A stretch of 64,000 nt of DNA from Trichodelitschia bisporula (taxonomy: Eukaryota): contig ML996696.1 of assembly GCA_010356995.1 (NCBI GenBank), positions 746,364-810,363 on the forward strand, read 5' to 3'. A program made the translations under genes and the position numbers. Position 1 is the first letter of the stretch; every line of letters starts with the position of its first letter. Below the pieces are notes generated by a model. That model was not told where the DNA came from. It was given only the letters and a program-made list of their open reading frames with translations, and did not search any database. Shown here in pieces: positions 48,443 through 62,182 of this stretch.

Positions 48443-51400
48443 TTTGAGCGAGGAAGCGTGTTGTACAAAAGCGGCATTTGGGACGGGCGGATAAATAGTC
48501 CGTGGGCATTGGCGTGTGGGCGTTGAGGTTTAGGCGGCTAAGGCCTGTAGATACGAATATCAAGTGTTGGGTGCTTTTCACGGAACGGCGATGGCAAGGC
48601 GTACGACACGCGAGATTGAGCCCGAGACTGAAGTCCCGATTGGAGGCAATAGCCCGGGGCCGGAGCTCGACGCACCAACACCTCCACAGCTGCCCGTTCC
48701 TGCACTCGACAGACGCTATGTCCACGGCAATAGAGGCCCTAGAAGGAGAGCATCCGTGCAACCTAAAGGTACATAGCTACCAGGCCTTCAACCGTTGGAT
48801 ACGTTTTCAAAGTCTCAAACATTCGCCTTCAGCCGTAACTCCTCTCCACATTCATCATAGCAGTAGCAATAAGTCATTGCTCCGCCACACCTCTTACCTG
48901 CCACAACCCCCACTCTCATCGAACGCGGGATGTTTCACCCACCACCCACCAGCCGCACGCCCTGCGCCACATCACCACCCTGCGCGCCCTACGGACGACC
49001 TCCCACCCATACCACATCACTGCCTCGCGCGGCGCGCCCTATGAAGCTCTCCCACCCCATTAGACAGATCTAGACATTCCACCACCCATTTTACGCGTGA
49101 ACTCCGCGCCTCGATGCCACCGTCCACGGACCAGCCCCTATCAAAAGTCCACTCTGTTCCGCGGACCGCAGACAGCGGCAACCCAGAACGTGCGCGCGCA
49201 CGACCTTATGCGGCGATGTAAGCGGGGAGGGGTCCGGGAGGAGTTCGCTCAGGGTGCTGGGGAACGAGAGATATGAGAGTGCAGGGTGAGGGGGGGGAAG
49301 TTGGGAAGTTGCGGCGGCGGTAAAGGGCATATATGTGGCGCGGTATTGGGCGTCCGTGTCGGGGCGTGGTTAGTGTTGATTAAACTGCGACCCGGGGGGG
49401 ATAGAGTGCGTAGGTCACGGGTTGTAAGTGGGTGAGATGAGGAGATGGGGATTTGGATGGCATTGTGAGTACCGTAGGGTGGGTCGGTTTGAGGGAAGGA
49501 GCAGATGGTGCTAGCGACAGGTACCTACGGCATGTATCTGGCGTTGAGGCACGAAAGGTACAAGCGTGGAAGCACATGCAAGTCACCTACCGAGCCGAAT
49601 CTCACCCGGCGCCCTACAAGGCAGAGTCAGCGGCACGCCACGCCGGCACCACACCCGGCAAACTGCCCGACTTGCGGTGTGCGAGCCCAGACCGCATCCT
49701 AGCGGCGATCGCCTCTGGGCAAAGTGCCGACGGTCAAGGTATCGTGTGATTCGCACTCTATCGCGCACACGGCTTCGCAAACCCGGGACACGGCGGATGG
49801 GGGGTAATATAACTGTCTCAGCAGCGGGCGCACAGGGCGCGAACTGCAGTCCATATTCAGTCGGGGAGATAGATCGGCGGTTTGAGCTGCTGTACGGTAG
49901 GTTGCAAAGTCGAAGCTACTAGTAGTAAACGTCATGTGCCAGTGTTTAGCCTGACTAGCAGCTGCGCTGGCACGTACGGTAGCTTTTCGGCCCCTGACTT
50001 CCCGCTCTCCGCCATGTCGGCTCGGGTGGTCGCCGAGTGTGGTGGACGGAGTAGAGAGAAGCGAGTGATGTCGAGGTGAGATGCATGAGTCGCAGTAGTG
50101 ATCAGCAAGATATGACGCTGACATGACGCTGCTCGTGATGCTGCGAGTCGCTACGGCCCAACGCTATCTTCACAGGTCGCGGTCGTGAGTCGCTACTCAC
50201 GTGCTGCAGCACCGCATCGGGAACGCTGCTGACTATCATTGCCGTCGCCGTTGTGCCCGTCCTGGCGCAGGTGCGGGGTCATGGGAGGAAACGTGCTTGC
50301 GGGGCTAGGAAAGCTTGATGGGTGGATAGGAGGGAGGGAGGGCGGGAGAGTTGGTTGGGCTTCTCCTCGCGGTGGTGTACCCGGCCGGGAAGAGGGTCGG
50401 GACGAGGGGGGTGTGGAATGTGGTAAGGCGCAGATCAAGCATGGGCTTTACGGCGTGGATGTGGATGGGTGTGCTTGGAGCGGATTTGGTTGCGGTTTTG
50501 CTGTGAGCGTGGGTATCTGGGATTGATGAGAGTTGCAGGGGGGGCCTGGTGGTTCAATTTGGAGTACCGGTTTGCGAGAGTTTGTGGTTGTTGATGGTGG
50601 GCGGACGGATGGAGTGAAGGGCGAAGACATTTTTGCTCAAAAGGGTAAGAGGGACGAATTCAGAGGCGAATGGACGAAGAGATAGATACATTGGGAGAAG
50701 AAGCTTGGTGAGGTGTTAATGCGGGGATGCGTGGATGCGTGGATGCGTGGCATGCGTTGCAGATGTAGCCGTTTTCGGGTTGGAGGGGGATTGGAGGGGT
50801 TGCTTTGCTGATGCTGCGCGCTGCTCGATCATCGTGGCGCCATGCTGATTTAGCAATTAGCTTAACTTGCATGGCTGATGCGAACAACAGGGTGCGAGGC
50901 GTGAGATGAGAGATCCACTTTTACTTGACGAGATCTGCTTGCTTCCACTTTACATCCACTTTCCGTGAGCTTTTCGTGGAGGAGGGGCCTTAGGCGGAGG
51001 GGCGGTCTGCGGGCACCGCAGCAAACCAGCGCAACCAGCAAGCAGCTCGTCCAATTGGAATCCACCATGCTGCAATTCGCCAGGAAAAGAGAAAAAATGG
51101 ACGATTCTCCGGGACCGATGTGCGGGAAGCGCTTGTAGCGTTGCGAGCAGTCAAGATGAGATAGCAGAAAACGACCAGCGACGAATCACGGCGAGCTTCG
51201 GCCGAGACCGAGACGTGGTGGAAACGCGGGTTCGCGGCGAGCAGTGGCAGGTAGACTACCTTTACACTACCTCTGTCACTTGTGCCGTACACCCTACAGG
51301 GCTGGCACGTCGAGTACCTGCTACCATCATACTGATAGCCGAGCAAGAGAGTGTAGATGGGGTTGAAGGGGGGGTTGAAGGGGGTGGAGCCACAAATGTC

Positions 51401-52192
51401 AGATAGACTCGCGAATGACGACTTGTGATGTCGGATATACAAAGGAAAGCGGAAGACAGGAAGGCGAAGAGGCTGGAACAATGCAAAACAACAATCATCA
51501 AGCACAGCATCATACATAGTAGGAATAACGCAACGAACAAGATCCATCTCAAAGCATCAAACAAAAAGAAGAAGATTTGTGTGCTGCCAAGGTTCTTTGG
51601 AGGCGTTGCTTGTCTCTTCTGTTCCTCTTCTTTGGTGTCTCGTCCCATTACGTCTGTTTGTTGCCCGTTTCTTCCCTCTCCATCTCTGCGACTCTGCGCC
51701 ACGGCATCTCTACGGTTTTCTTCAACAACACCACTTTCGGCTTCTCTCGAAGTGGGGTCGATCTTCTCGATCTCACCTTTTCAAGCTCCCCTGGTCTTTC
51801 TCTAGGCCAGCCCAAAGCAAACAAGCCCTCGTCCATACCCCCCCCCCCAGGCGCCCAAGCCCACCAAGGCCCACACAACCTCTCCTTCCACCCCCCCCAG
51901 AAAGCCCAAGGCACCCCAAGCCCAGTCAGCCCTTTCCTCCCGAAACACTCAAACCCCCAATAATCACCCACTTCACTTCAACTTCCACCCCCCACCACCA
52001 CAACCTCATCTTTCCCCTCTAAACAAACGGCAACCACATCTTGCGTATCGTCCCTTTCGTCACCCGTCCGAGTCCAGACGCCCGGCGGCACCCACCTTCC
52101 TTTCCCACGTTGTCGACCCCTTCAAAACGGCGGCGGCTCTACTCCCACCTGGCTCGTCTTGCTCTGCCCTGCCGAGCCGCCACGGGACCTGG

Positions 52193-55100
52193 ATGCCACC
52201 GCGGGCAAAGAAATCAGCTTCTTTCCACGATAGACAGGCCCCGTCCCACGTCAACAACAGCCATAGTCTAGGCCTCGCTCCTCCCGGTCGGAGGATCCCC
52301 AAGCAGACCAGGCCTGCCGCTCCGTCCCCGTCGTCGTCGGCTGTCAGCGGCCGTCACTCTCCAACAGCAGGAACATCTGGAGCAGCATCCGCAAATGGAC
52401 ATGTTCGGTCGACCGCAATAGTGCAATGCGCTGATGACTCTCTAACGGGGAATGAACTTGCACCACCTGCCTTTCGTCTCGAGTCGCACGCCACCACCCA
52501 CGCTTGCCGCCGCAACCACCACTACCACGACACGCCGGACGACGACACCTCCCCCGACGCCAATGATCTCGTCTCACACACGTCCGCAAAAATGGGCGCT
52601 GGTCAGTCTTGCGACGAGGGACGTGGCCGTGCGGCTTCGTCGGCCTCGTCGCTCGGGGACCTCGAGTCTGCCACAACTGCCGCCGACACGCCCGCTTTCG
52701 CTCGTCCCTCGCGCTCGGCTTCTTTAACCGTGGGCGGTGCCGGTAAATGCTCGCAGCGACAGCCAAAGACGTCGCTCGCTCTCGCCACCACCATCCTCTC
52801 GAGCTGTCCGCTGTGGGACGTTATCGCCATACTCATCATTCTTCTCCAACTTCCACCAACTATCATCTCCATCGTTCACTTCCTCTTCGCCGCACTGACC
52901 TTTGTCGCTCCGACCACCAACGCCTCCCTGTCGAATCTGCCGTCCGTCAATGAGATTCTGCTCGGATCTGGAGGCGCGCCGTCGCTGCAAACGATTATCA
53001 TTGTCGACTTCTTCATGCTCATCGCCTTTGTGTCCGCCTGGCTGCCGGTGCAGAACTTTGCCCTCGACCTCGCCCAGGCCGTCATTGCCATTTCGCTTGG
53101 CGGCGCTGCCGCGCACAAGGGCGGCACGAGCAACAGTATATTTTGCTGCCTGAGCATCATTGGCGTGTCGCATCTTTACCGCTGGCGCTCCGCACGCAGG
53201 CTCGGTTTCGGACTCATCTGGGAGCTTCTAGTAAAGCTCGGCGTCCGACCCGAAGGAGCAGTACCCGATGTCTTCACCTTCTCTCCGCGCTCCCAATCCA
53301 GTCCCGGCATGCTCCGCCGTATTCTCGGTGTACATATTCTTACCCAAGGCCTCGTGCGTCTCGTCCGTCGGTGGTACCTGTACCGAGCCGTGGCTGAGGC
53401 ACCAGCCGCCAAACGCGTGGACCCTGACGTGGGGTCACTTGGTGCACAGGGCGAGGATGTGCCTGCCGACACGACGGACGTGGGGGGAAGCGGCGATGGA
53501 CGCCCACCGGGACCGTCACCCTCATCTGGGGCCTCGGTAGCGCAGAACACGAGAGAAAAATCCACGAAAAAGAAAAAAAAGCAAGCTAACCATGTGCGCA
53601 GCCAGCAGCCGTTTTGGGCCGCGCTAGCGAGCACCAAAATTACGGTTCTGAAGGAGTACGAGTTGCAGCAGGCGTCACTGGACGCGTTAGAAGCGAATGC
53701 GGAGGATGTGGCGCATATCGGGAATGCGGATTTCAAGAATATTGCGGATAGAGTTTGGGTTACGGATGTGGGGGCGGCGAGCATCGCGTTTGGCGTAGCG
53801 CTGCGGGAGGAAGAGGAGGACGACAAGCCGTTTCGCGTGCGTGTGAACCAGACGGAGTGGAGCTCAACGCGGATCAAAGAGCTGGGACCTGTTGGGGATG
53901 ATGGTGTGCATCTATGGGCGGGCGAGATTTTCGGGCTCACGGCGTCTACAAACTATGTTTGTGATTTTGTGCGCCCTCGGGACGGCGCAGTCATCTACAC
54001 TGTGCATGCAACTACACAGCCTGCGCCGTCCACTGAGCAAGGTAAGTTTCGTGCGGTAATCTTGTACCTCACTCAACCTTGTCTAACGATATAGCTGCGC
54101 CGCCCGCGTTGCCTGCCCAGAAGTCTCTTGATCCTCTCTCGCCGACGACAACACTCAAGAACTCCATCACCGCAGCGGAACAGACCCTCGATGCCAGCCG
54201 GACACGCCTCAAACGGAACAAGAAGGAGCACAAGAATGCGGTTAGCGCCCTGCAGCAGAACATCAAGCAGCTCTCCCAACAACTCTCGTCCAACACCAAC
54301 AACGATGACCGCCAGCGCCAGAAGGTCCGCCAGTTCGAGCAGAGCATCACCCAGGCCTATAAGAAAGAGTCGGAGGTCCTCGCTCAGATCGACGAAATCA
54401 AGGATCAGAGTGCTGAGGAGGCGCTTGCGTCAAAGGCCACCCGCGAGGCGTGGCTCGCCGCGAAGAAGCAGCAACGCGAGCAGCGCGAGGAGCTCGCCCA
54501 AGCCAAAGCGAAGGCCGAGCGGAGTGTAGCCCAAGCACGCACCGAGCTCACAACGCTTGTTCAGCGACGACAGAAGTTCGAGGCACGCCAGACCAAGTAC
54601 AACGAGCAGGCTGAGGGGCTGCGCAAGGCTGCAACGGAAGGCAAGGCCGCGCAAGAACGTCGGTTTAAGGAGCGTGACGCTGAGTTCAACCGCCGCCTCG
54701 ACACCGAGCGCCGCTTCCTCGACCAGACGGCCGTGCTGGAGCAGGAGTACCGCGGGTGTCTAGCGCGCATCTCGAAGCTCGAGCAGCAGGCCAAGCTCCT
54801 GGAGGACATGTACGTCGCAGCGCAGAGCCAGATCCCGCTCTCGCAGTCGCACCCGTCCACTCCAGACGGCCCGATCCACCTGCGCGGCGGCAGTGGTCCT
54901 CCCGTATCCCTCCCCCCCTCCTCGCTCGCCTCCTTCCCCGCCTACGCCGCCTACCAATTCCCCGGCATGTCCGTCCCGCCCGGCCTCGGCCACAGCCCAG
55001 AGCAGGTGCACCCGCGCTCCGCCGCCGCGTCCATCTCGTCCGCCCAACCCCCCGCCTCCTTCGTTTACCAGGACCTCCCCCCGCCGCGCACCCGCGCCCG

Positions 55101-55671
55101 CTCTTCGTCCATGCTCTCCGGCGTGTCTGGCTTCACCGACCTCGACGACCCCGCTCCTGCGGCCCTCGAGCCTGCCTACGCTTTTTCGTTTCCCACTCAG
55201 CCCCAGCAGTCCGGCCAGGCGCCCATCGGCCACGGCCGCCGCCGCAAGGGCAGCTCCGAGTCTTCGGGATCCGGCGGCAGCGGCGGCGGCACGATGCCTG
55301 CGCCTGTGCCTTCCACGCGGTACGGCATCCCGCGCCCGGCAACGGGACATGGGTACGGACTTAGCTACGGCGGGTACGGCGCGGCCGAGTTCGGCGGGTT
55401 CAGCACGGGGCACCACCTGCACGGGCCCAGCTACGGGACCTTGAATTCGGGTTATGCGAACGGGTATGCGAATGGTTTTGCCCATGCTCAGCATATCCGC
55501 GCTGCTGGCACGCCGACGAGCAGTTCGTCGGAGGAGAGCGAGGTCTCAGAGGCGAGTGGTTCTGGGAGCAGTCCGGCGGGGAGTCAGCGGGACCCGCTGT
55601 CTCCTGTGCTGCAGACGGGGCAGGGGAAGGGTGTGCTTACGCCGCCGCCGCCTGCGGAGGCTGAGGTTTAG
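52193..55671 (+). CDS. acrB: AcrB-like ubiquitination network signalling protein (TM region + coiled coil)
   Basis: ILSSCPLWDVIAILIILLQLPPT, VHILTQGL, VRSQQPFWAALASTK and LSPTTTLKNSI motifs plus a coiled coil. Intron at ~54042-54093. Confidence 0.8.
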
Positions 55672-57071
55672 CTGTGGTGTGGTTAGGGTTAGCTAGCTTG
55701 CGCATGGGCAATTGAATCGGCTTAGAGTTTGATGTGTGGGCCAGTGACTGTGATTGTGTGCTATGTTCAGCTATTTGTTCGCCCAATGCCTGTGATGATT
55801 TGTTCGAGCCAAAAAGGAGGATGAAATGGGACTGCGCCGGACTGGAAATCCCCGCTTTCCGTGAAGAAGAAGAAACCGCCCGTTACTTCGCTTTCCTGAA
55901 CCCGTTGTCCCCGCGCTCGGTAATCCACGCCGAGAGAGAGAGAGCCTCTGCCGTTGCCTAGCCCTACAGTAATACGAGGTCTGAAACTTAGAGGTGCGGG
56001 TGTGCAGTGCAGGACGAACCTGGCAGAGCCCGTATTTCCCCATCACCTTGTAGGCGGTGGTTGGGTATGCACGACGCGGTGACGCGAGGGCGGAGGTACT
56101 CCCGGCGGTGGGGTTCGGGGTGGGCGATGGCGGCAGGGGGGGTGGAACGCTAGAACTACGGTAGGTTAGTGGAGCGCTGAAGGACCGGGGAAAGTCATTG
56201 CTGCTTCTGTCTGCAGGACGTCCCCGTGGGCGGGCTAGAACTTATCCCACGGCCGTTGGGCGGTGGAAAGCGCGTTTTGAACAGCGGGACGCGGTATGAT
56301 TGGTGGATTTCCACTGGAGCCGTTATGATGAGCGACAGCTACGAAGCAAAGCAGGAGAAGGAAATTGCTCCAGACATGTGGCGATACCAGAGCACAGCAG
56401 ACGGCGAAGCTTCCTCATCAGCACATTACTTCCGTCTGATCGCGTCTGTCGTCTTCACGAGCAGCGCGCAGACACCGCATCTGCATCATCACCGCACCAT
56501 CGCCTCGGCATCTGCACATTGCTAGTCAGCACACAACCCCCCGCGCCTCGCCCACGCCGACCACGCCATCCCTTCCCCGCGCCCACCACACCGCCCAGCC
56601 CGGTGCGGGCGTCCAGTCTCCCATAACGCTAGCCAAAAAAATCGCCGCCTCGCCCACGCGCAGAGACGCCAGGCCCGGGAGGCTATGACTTGTTAGGGTG
56701 GACGTTGCAGCCCGCCCCTCTGCTGCACAACACTCGCCCGACGCATCCAGCAGCGATCCGCCCGTCGCACACCCAGCATCTCACCTCTCCGCTCTGCCCC
56801 CCCGACGCAGCGGGCGAACATAGCGGCACCGAGAAAGAGAGAGAGCAAGCATTACGGCTAGGCTGGGCGGTAGGTGCGGCGGCGGCGAAGGCTGCTGGTC
56901 CTTTATCACCTGCCTTTCCCTGCTCCAGTTGCATCTGCAGTCCATACGCTTCTTGCACTCGCAGCAATTGTCGAGTCTTGAGAACCTGGAGTCTGCCTTG
57001 TTATCGGAGAACGTTGCTGGTGCCGAGTAGTCAGTCACTTGGTAGACACACGATAGCGCTCTAGTCCCATC

Positions 57072-59134
57072 ATGATCGGCAAGCTCAGCGCCTCGTGGCG
57101 CGGCGACCACAGTTCGCGCAAAGACGCCGACAAGTCGCGCGTCGGCGGCCTGGTGTCCATTGACCAGCTGGAGAGCGCGAGTACCTCGCGGACGAGTCCT
57201 CCAGTGGCTACATCGGGCACGAAGATCAAGAGGGTATGTCTCACCTGTCATCATCCTCTCCCCAACCATCGCTCGAACCTCAACTCACATAGCAGAAATC
57301 ACCCCGCCTCTCCATCACCCGCCGCTCCTTCACCCTCAAGCCCACCACCTCTCCCTCCTCCGCCGACTTCCCGCATCCCGCTTCACCACCTTCACGCCCC
57401 ACCTCCTCCCACACCGGCCTCGAACCCCCGGCCTCCTCGCCCCACGATCGCCCACGCACCGCGGACCCCTCCATCGGGCGCAAGCGCAGTCGGACGGCGC
57501 CCTCGCCTGCCCCGCGTTGGGATGCGGCCTCCGCTCCACTGCCGTCAAATGCGGCACTGCATCCGCCGCAACAGAGCCATCCCTCTCCATGCTCTACGGG
57601 CGTCTCATCTGTAGCCTCCTCTTCCACATCCACCAGCTCCTCATCCTCAGAAGAAGAAGACGACGGCGGCACCCAGCGGCCCAACACTCTCCTCCCCATC
57701 CTCGTCCCCATCCCCTCGCGGTCCCCCTCTTTCGCGTCTATCCCCAAAAGCGCGACGCCGGCCACAACGTCGCACGCGCGCTCCATTCTTGATGAAGTGG
57801 AGGGCACTCTCAGCGCCACTATTACAGAGCTCAAGGAGCTGCAGATCTCATGGCACGACCCTGGCAGCGATGAAGAGTGCGCCGACGACAACAGCTCGGC
57901 CGGCGGCGGCGCACTTCGCTTCCCGGACCCACCCCGCAGCGCCGCCGCACCCTTCGCGAAGGACACCTTCTTTCCACCCGACGGTGGTTACTTCACGCCG
58001 GGCTACGCACCACCCGCACCCTCCCCCTCCCATCGCCTCCAACGCGCCGCCACCGCGCAAATGCCAGGCGAAGAAGTCGTCTCCCCCGCGCGAATGGCGA
58101 GCATCACCAAGGCCTACGAGGCCCTCAAAGTGCGCAACCACGTTCTGGGCGTGGAAAACGACACGTTAAAGAAGCAAATGGTGTTCGCACGCGCGCGCCT
58201 TGTGGACCTCGAGCCCCTGCGTGAAGAGCACGATGCCCTCCTCCCCTCGTTACAGGATGCCCGCGGACGGGCTGAGGCGTTGGAACGTGAGGCGGCGGCG
58301 CTGAAGGCCCGGTCGGATGAGGCCGCTACTAGAGAGGCGGATGCATGGGTTCGCGTAAGGGAGGTTGAGGGCCGCTTGGAGGAGGTTAATGTTCAGAAGG
58401 TGGATTTGATGGAAAGGGGGCTGGAGCTGAGCGATTTGGTCAAGGGTCTGGAGGGCCAGGTGCGCCGCGAGACGGGCCGGGCGGATGAGGCTGAGACCCG
58501 CGCTGCGAAGGCGGAGGAGCGTGCGAAGATGCTCGAGGCGGCGCCGAAGCCGGACCCCACCGCGGCAGCCGCACTCTCCGCGGCGGAAGCACGAATTGCC
58601 GACCTCGAGGTGCGGCTCGCACAGCGCGCACCAACTCCTGAACCGCGGCCCGCATCGCCTTCTCTCACACAACGTATCGAGGCTTTGGAAGCGCAAGTTG
58701 CCTCTGCTACCGCTGCGCAGCGCATTGCGGAAAGGGAACGCGCCCAGCTACGCGCTCTTCTGGGCGCCGAGTGCCGACGGCGCGCGGTCGAAGTTGATGG
58801 CAATATACACCCTTCTGCTGAACTGTTAGCTGCAAGGGTTGATATTGAGCATGAGATGGGGGGTGTGAGGGGGAGGGCGGCGGCGCAGCTTAGAGCAGAA
58901 GGGGAGAAGGAGGGAGAGGTGGGGGATGCGGAGCGGGCAAGGAGATTGGAGGCCGAAGTGGAGTATCATGTTCAGGATGTTGTGTTGTATAAGCTTGATG
59001 TTCGGGGGTATAAGAAGGATTTGAAGAGGGCGGAGAGGAGGATCCGCGAGCTGGAGGGGAAGTTTGTGGAGAAGAGTGGGGGGAGTGCAACGTCTTCAAG
59101 GGAGGGTCTGCGGGAGAGGGAGATGGAGGCGTGA
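57072..59134 (+). CDS. Hypothetical coiled-coil protein
   Basis: Exon 57072-57233 plus intron 57234-57295 joins in frame to the ORF ending at 59134; long heptad region; C-terminal LEAEVEYHVQDVVLYKLDVRGYKKD. Confidence 0.7.
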
Positions 59135-59767
59135 TGTGTGCGGATGGATACCCGGAGCGTTGGAGTTTTGGCACTGATCTCTTTATATCGGGAAGATGAC
59201 GCCAGGAAAGGCGAGGGTGATATCTCGAGTACATAGGAAACTACCTGCGTCCACACCGTCGTTTTCTGTGTCCATGCGGTGTACTAGACGCACGGTTGAA
59301 AGAAGGAAAGGAGTTTTGCAATGGTGCGTCTGCCGACGTTGTTTAACCTGACGTCAAAGAAAAGCAAAATGCAAGTGACGTGAAGTCTGAAATGAGATGA
59401 AGGAGGAAAGGTCAGTTACAACTGTTCTCTCTGGCTTTATTCCACTCGCTGCCGAGACGCTAGTGCTCTGTTCCTTCTTCCTGGGCTCCTCGGGTAACTG
59501 CGCACCGTGGTGTCTGCCTCACGGAGCCTACCTAGTGACATCATAGGGCGTGACTGCGAGGTGTATAGCTTCTATAGATGGAGAACGAGGCCAGGCCACC
59601 GGACATTGAGGGAAAGACTACATTTGAACATAAGCCACCACCAGCGTCCGCGAGCCTGTTATTCATTGGTGAGGGGGAGGCGAACGGGTTACATTTGTAC
59701 ATAACCTACCACCATCCGCGCCACCGCCCTCCGTCCCCATCTCCATACGCCCATAAAACCAGCCCGT

Positions 59768-60302
59768 TTACTTGGTAACATCCTCCGGTGTGACGGCGAA
59801 CGTAGGCCGCACGAACCTACAGCAACGATGAGTCAATCCCACCCCATCCTGACCTCGAGAAATGGGAGCACCCCGACGTACCGATCATTGTGATAAACCT
59901 TCGTCTCCGCGCCCAGCAACTCCTTCTCCCGCGCCCGGTCCGCCAGATACCGACGTACCTGGTCGCGGTCCTCCTCGGCCTGCAGCAGCGGGATCAGATG
60001 GATGCGGGACCACATCTTTTCGCGGGCCAGCTCACTGCGAGGGAGCGTTAGCGACCGAGCTCAACAATTTCGCCGAATCCAGCTCGCCCAGGGAGCAACG
60101 GGACAGAGTGGCCAGCAATGCCGGCCTAAGATGGGAGGCCATACTTGTGCTCGCGGATCCCCTTGCCCACCTTCCAGAACCCATACGTCATGATCCCCAC
60201 GACAGCAGCGGCATAGAGGACGGGCCGGAAGCCGCGCGCCGGCAGGTTGCGCTTGTATTGCACCGCGGCGTAGCCGCCGGTGGGCGGCATGTCTTGCGGC
60301 AT
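59768..60302 (-). CDS. NDUFA13: NADH:ubiquinone oxidoreductase subunit A13 (GRIM-19/B16.6)
   Basis: MPQDMPPTGGYAAVQYKRNLPARGFRP...ELAREKMWSRIHLIPLLQAEEDRDQVRR...VYHNDRFVRPTF; two coding introns. Confidence 0.93.
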
Positions 60303-60755
60303 CTTGGTGGATGTGTGGGGGAGGAGGTATGTGGTGGAGAGAGCGTGTGCGCGCGGGGGTGATGCGGCGGTGCGAACTAAGCTGTTAGCTGTGGGTAGAG
60401 GACAAGAAGGAAGAGGCGGGAGATTTACCGGTCCGCGGCGGTGATGGGGCGTGTAATTGGGATGGGAGCGAGATGCGGGCGCGGGTGCGGATATCGTGGT
60501 GAGGTTGTCGTCGGCGAGCTCGGCGTCACGTGTGGCCGGGGGGGCATAATTTTTGGCGGCGCGGGCTTCGGAGGAGAATTGGAGAATTTATATCCAACAG
60601 CTTTTGGGATTGAAGTTCGAACGATTCAACAGCTTGTAAGGATTGAAGTCTGACCGACCTGAGGTGAGCCCACCTATTTTCGTCCGTGCTAAAACGTATA
60701 TACTGATCTCACAAGCTCAACTACGCCTTCACGTTACGCTTCTTCCACCACCGAA

Positions 60756-62099
60756 ATGTCATCTCCCCGACCGACCAAAATCGCGAAGCTCTCGCACGAC
60801 TCCACCAGCGATATGCCCTCCACGTTAGCCTCGTCCCCGCACGCAGATGCGCCTCCTCATTCTCCAAGCGGGCCAACTCCATCCGAGCCTCCAACCGAGC
60901 CTACAAACGACTCCACCGCACCCCTCTCCAAAAACGCCCTCAAAAGGCTCCTAAAGCAACAAGCCTGGGACGCCGGGCGCCCCGCCCGTCGGGCCCTCCG
61001 CCGCGAAAAACTCAAAGCCAAACGAGCCGCCAAACACGCCTCCACCACCACCGACCCCACCCCCTCGACCCCTCCTCCGCCCACGCCCAGCCTCCCGCGC
61101 AACTCCCACGCCATCCCCCTAACCCTCGTCCTAGACTGCTCCTTCAACTCCCTCATGACCCCGCAGGAGCTCAAGTCCCTGGCCTCGCAGATCACGCGCT
61201 CCTACAGCGAGTGCGGGAAGGCGCGGGCGGGGAGGCCGGGGCTGGCGATTGCGGGGTTTGGAGGGGTTTTGAAGGAGAGGTTTGAGGGCCCGCTGGCAAG
61301 GCAGCATGAGCGGTGGAGGGGGGTTAGGTGGTGTGAGGATGATGTGAAGGAGGTGGTTAAGAGGGTGGGGCCGGAGGGGTGGATGAAAGGGCTAAAGGTT
61401 GGGGGTGTGTGGGGTGAGGTCCTTGCGAATAATGGGCTCGAGGAGATGGTGCGCGAGTCCGACGAGCGGGCTAGGGCGGATGCTCCCGCGCCGACGGAGC
61501 AGGACGCTGGGAGTGAAGGACCCGCACCCACGGAGCAGGAAGCCGCGAGTGACGCGCCAAATCCTGCCACCTCAGATACACCCACTGCGCCTTCCCCGCC
61601 ATTGGAGCCAAGCGAAATAATATACCTAACCGCGGAATCCTCCAACGTGCTAACCTCCCTCAAACCCGGCGGTGTCTACATCATCGGTGGTCTCGTAGAT
61701 CGGAACCGGCACAAGGGGATATGCCACGCGCGGGCCGAGGAGCGAGGGATCGTAACGGCCCGCCTCCCGATTGGCGAGTTCTTGCAAATGAATTCGCGGG
61801 CCGTGTTGGCTACGAATCATGTTGTGGAGATTATGCTAAGGTGGTTGGAGGAGGGGGATTGGGGGAGAGCCTTTATGAGTGTTATTCCTAAGCGGAAGGG
61901 GGGGGTATTGAAGGGAGAGGAGGTTGGGGCGGAGGGGAGTACGAAGGGCGATGGAGAGGAGGGGGGAGAGGAGGGCGAGAGTGACGATGAAGCAGAGGGG
62001 AGTACGAAAGACGGCGCAGAGGAGAGCAAAGATGGAGGTGGAGAGCATAAGGTCGGAGATGCCGACGATGCCATGGTTGATGTACCCGCAACTACATAG
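60756..62099 (+). CDS. TRM10: tRNA (guanine-9-N1)-methyltransferase
   Basis: LSKNALKR, LDCSFNSLM, YLTAES, YIIGGLVDRNRHKG, ARLPIGEF and VLATNHVVEIML motifs. Confidence 0.94.
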   Translation: MSSPRPTKIAKLSHDSTSDMPSTLASSPHADAPPHSPSGPTPSEPPTEPTNDSTAPLSKNALKRLLKQQAWDAGRPARRALRREKLKAKRAAKHASTTTDPTPSTPPPPTPSLPRNSHAIPLTLVLDCSFNSLMTPQELKSLASQITRSYSECGKARAGRPGLAIAGFGGVLKERFEGPLARQHERWRGVRWCEDDVKEVVKRVGPEGWMKGLKVGGVWGEVLANNGLEEMVRESDERARADAPAPTEQDAGSEGPAPTEQEAASDAPNPATSDTPTAPSPPLEPSEIIYLTAESSNVLTSLKPGGVYIIGGLVDRNRHKGICHARAEERGIVTARLPIGEFLQMNSRAVLATNHVVEIMLRWLEEGDWGRAFMSVIPKRKGGVLKGEEVGAEGSTKGDGEEGGEEGESDDEAEGSTKDGAEESKDGGGEHKVGDADDAMVDVPATT

Positions 62100-62182
62100 G
62101 GAACCAACATTGGGCGTGAAGCCGCTCCAATGGTATGCCTGGCGGTGTAGTTCTCATCTTGCTACTCAACTACCACCCCACA

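Noticed and set aside
55681..55692. GGTTAGGGTTAG telomeric dimer
   Set aside because: Lies in the GT-rich 3'UTR of acrB; a template-strand transcript would run antisense through the CDS. Likely chance.
56324..56440. Possible C/D snoRNA (ATGATGA...CTGA)
   Set aside because: No convincing terminal stem, and no rRNA guide of 10 nt or more that I could verify.
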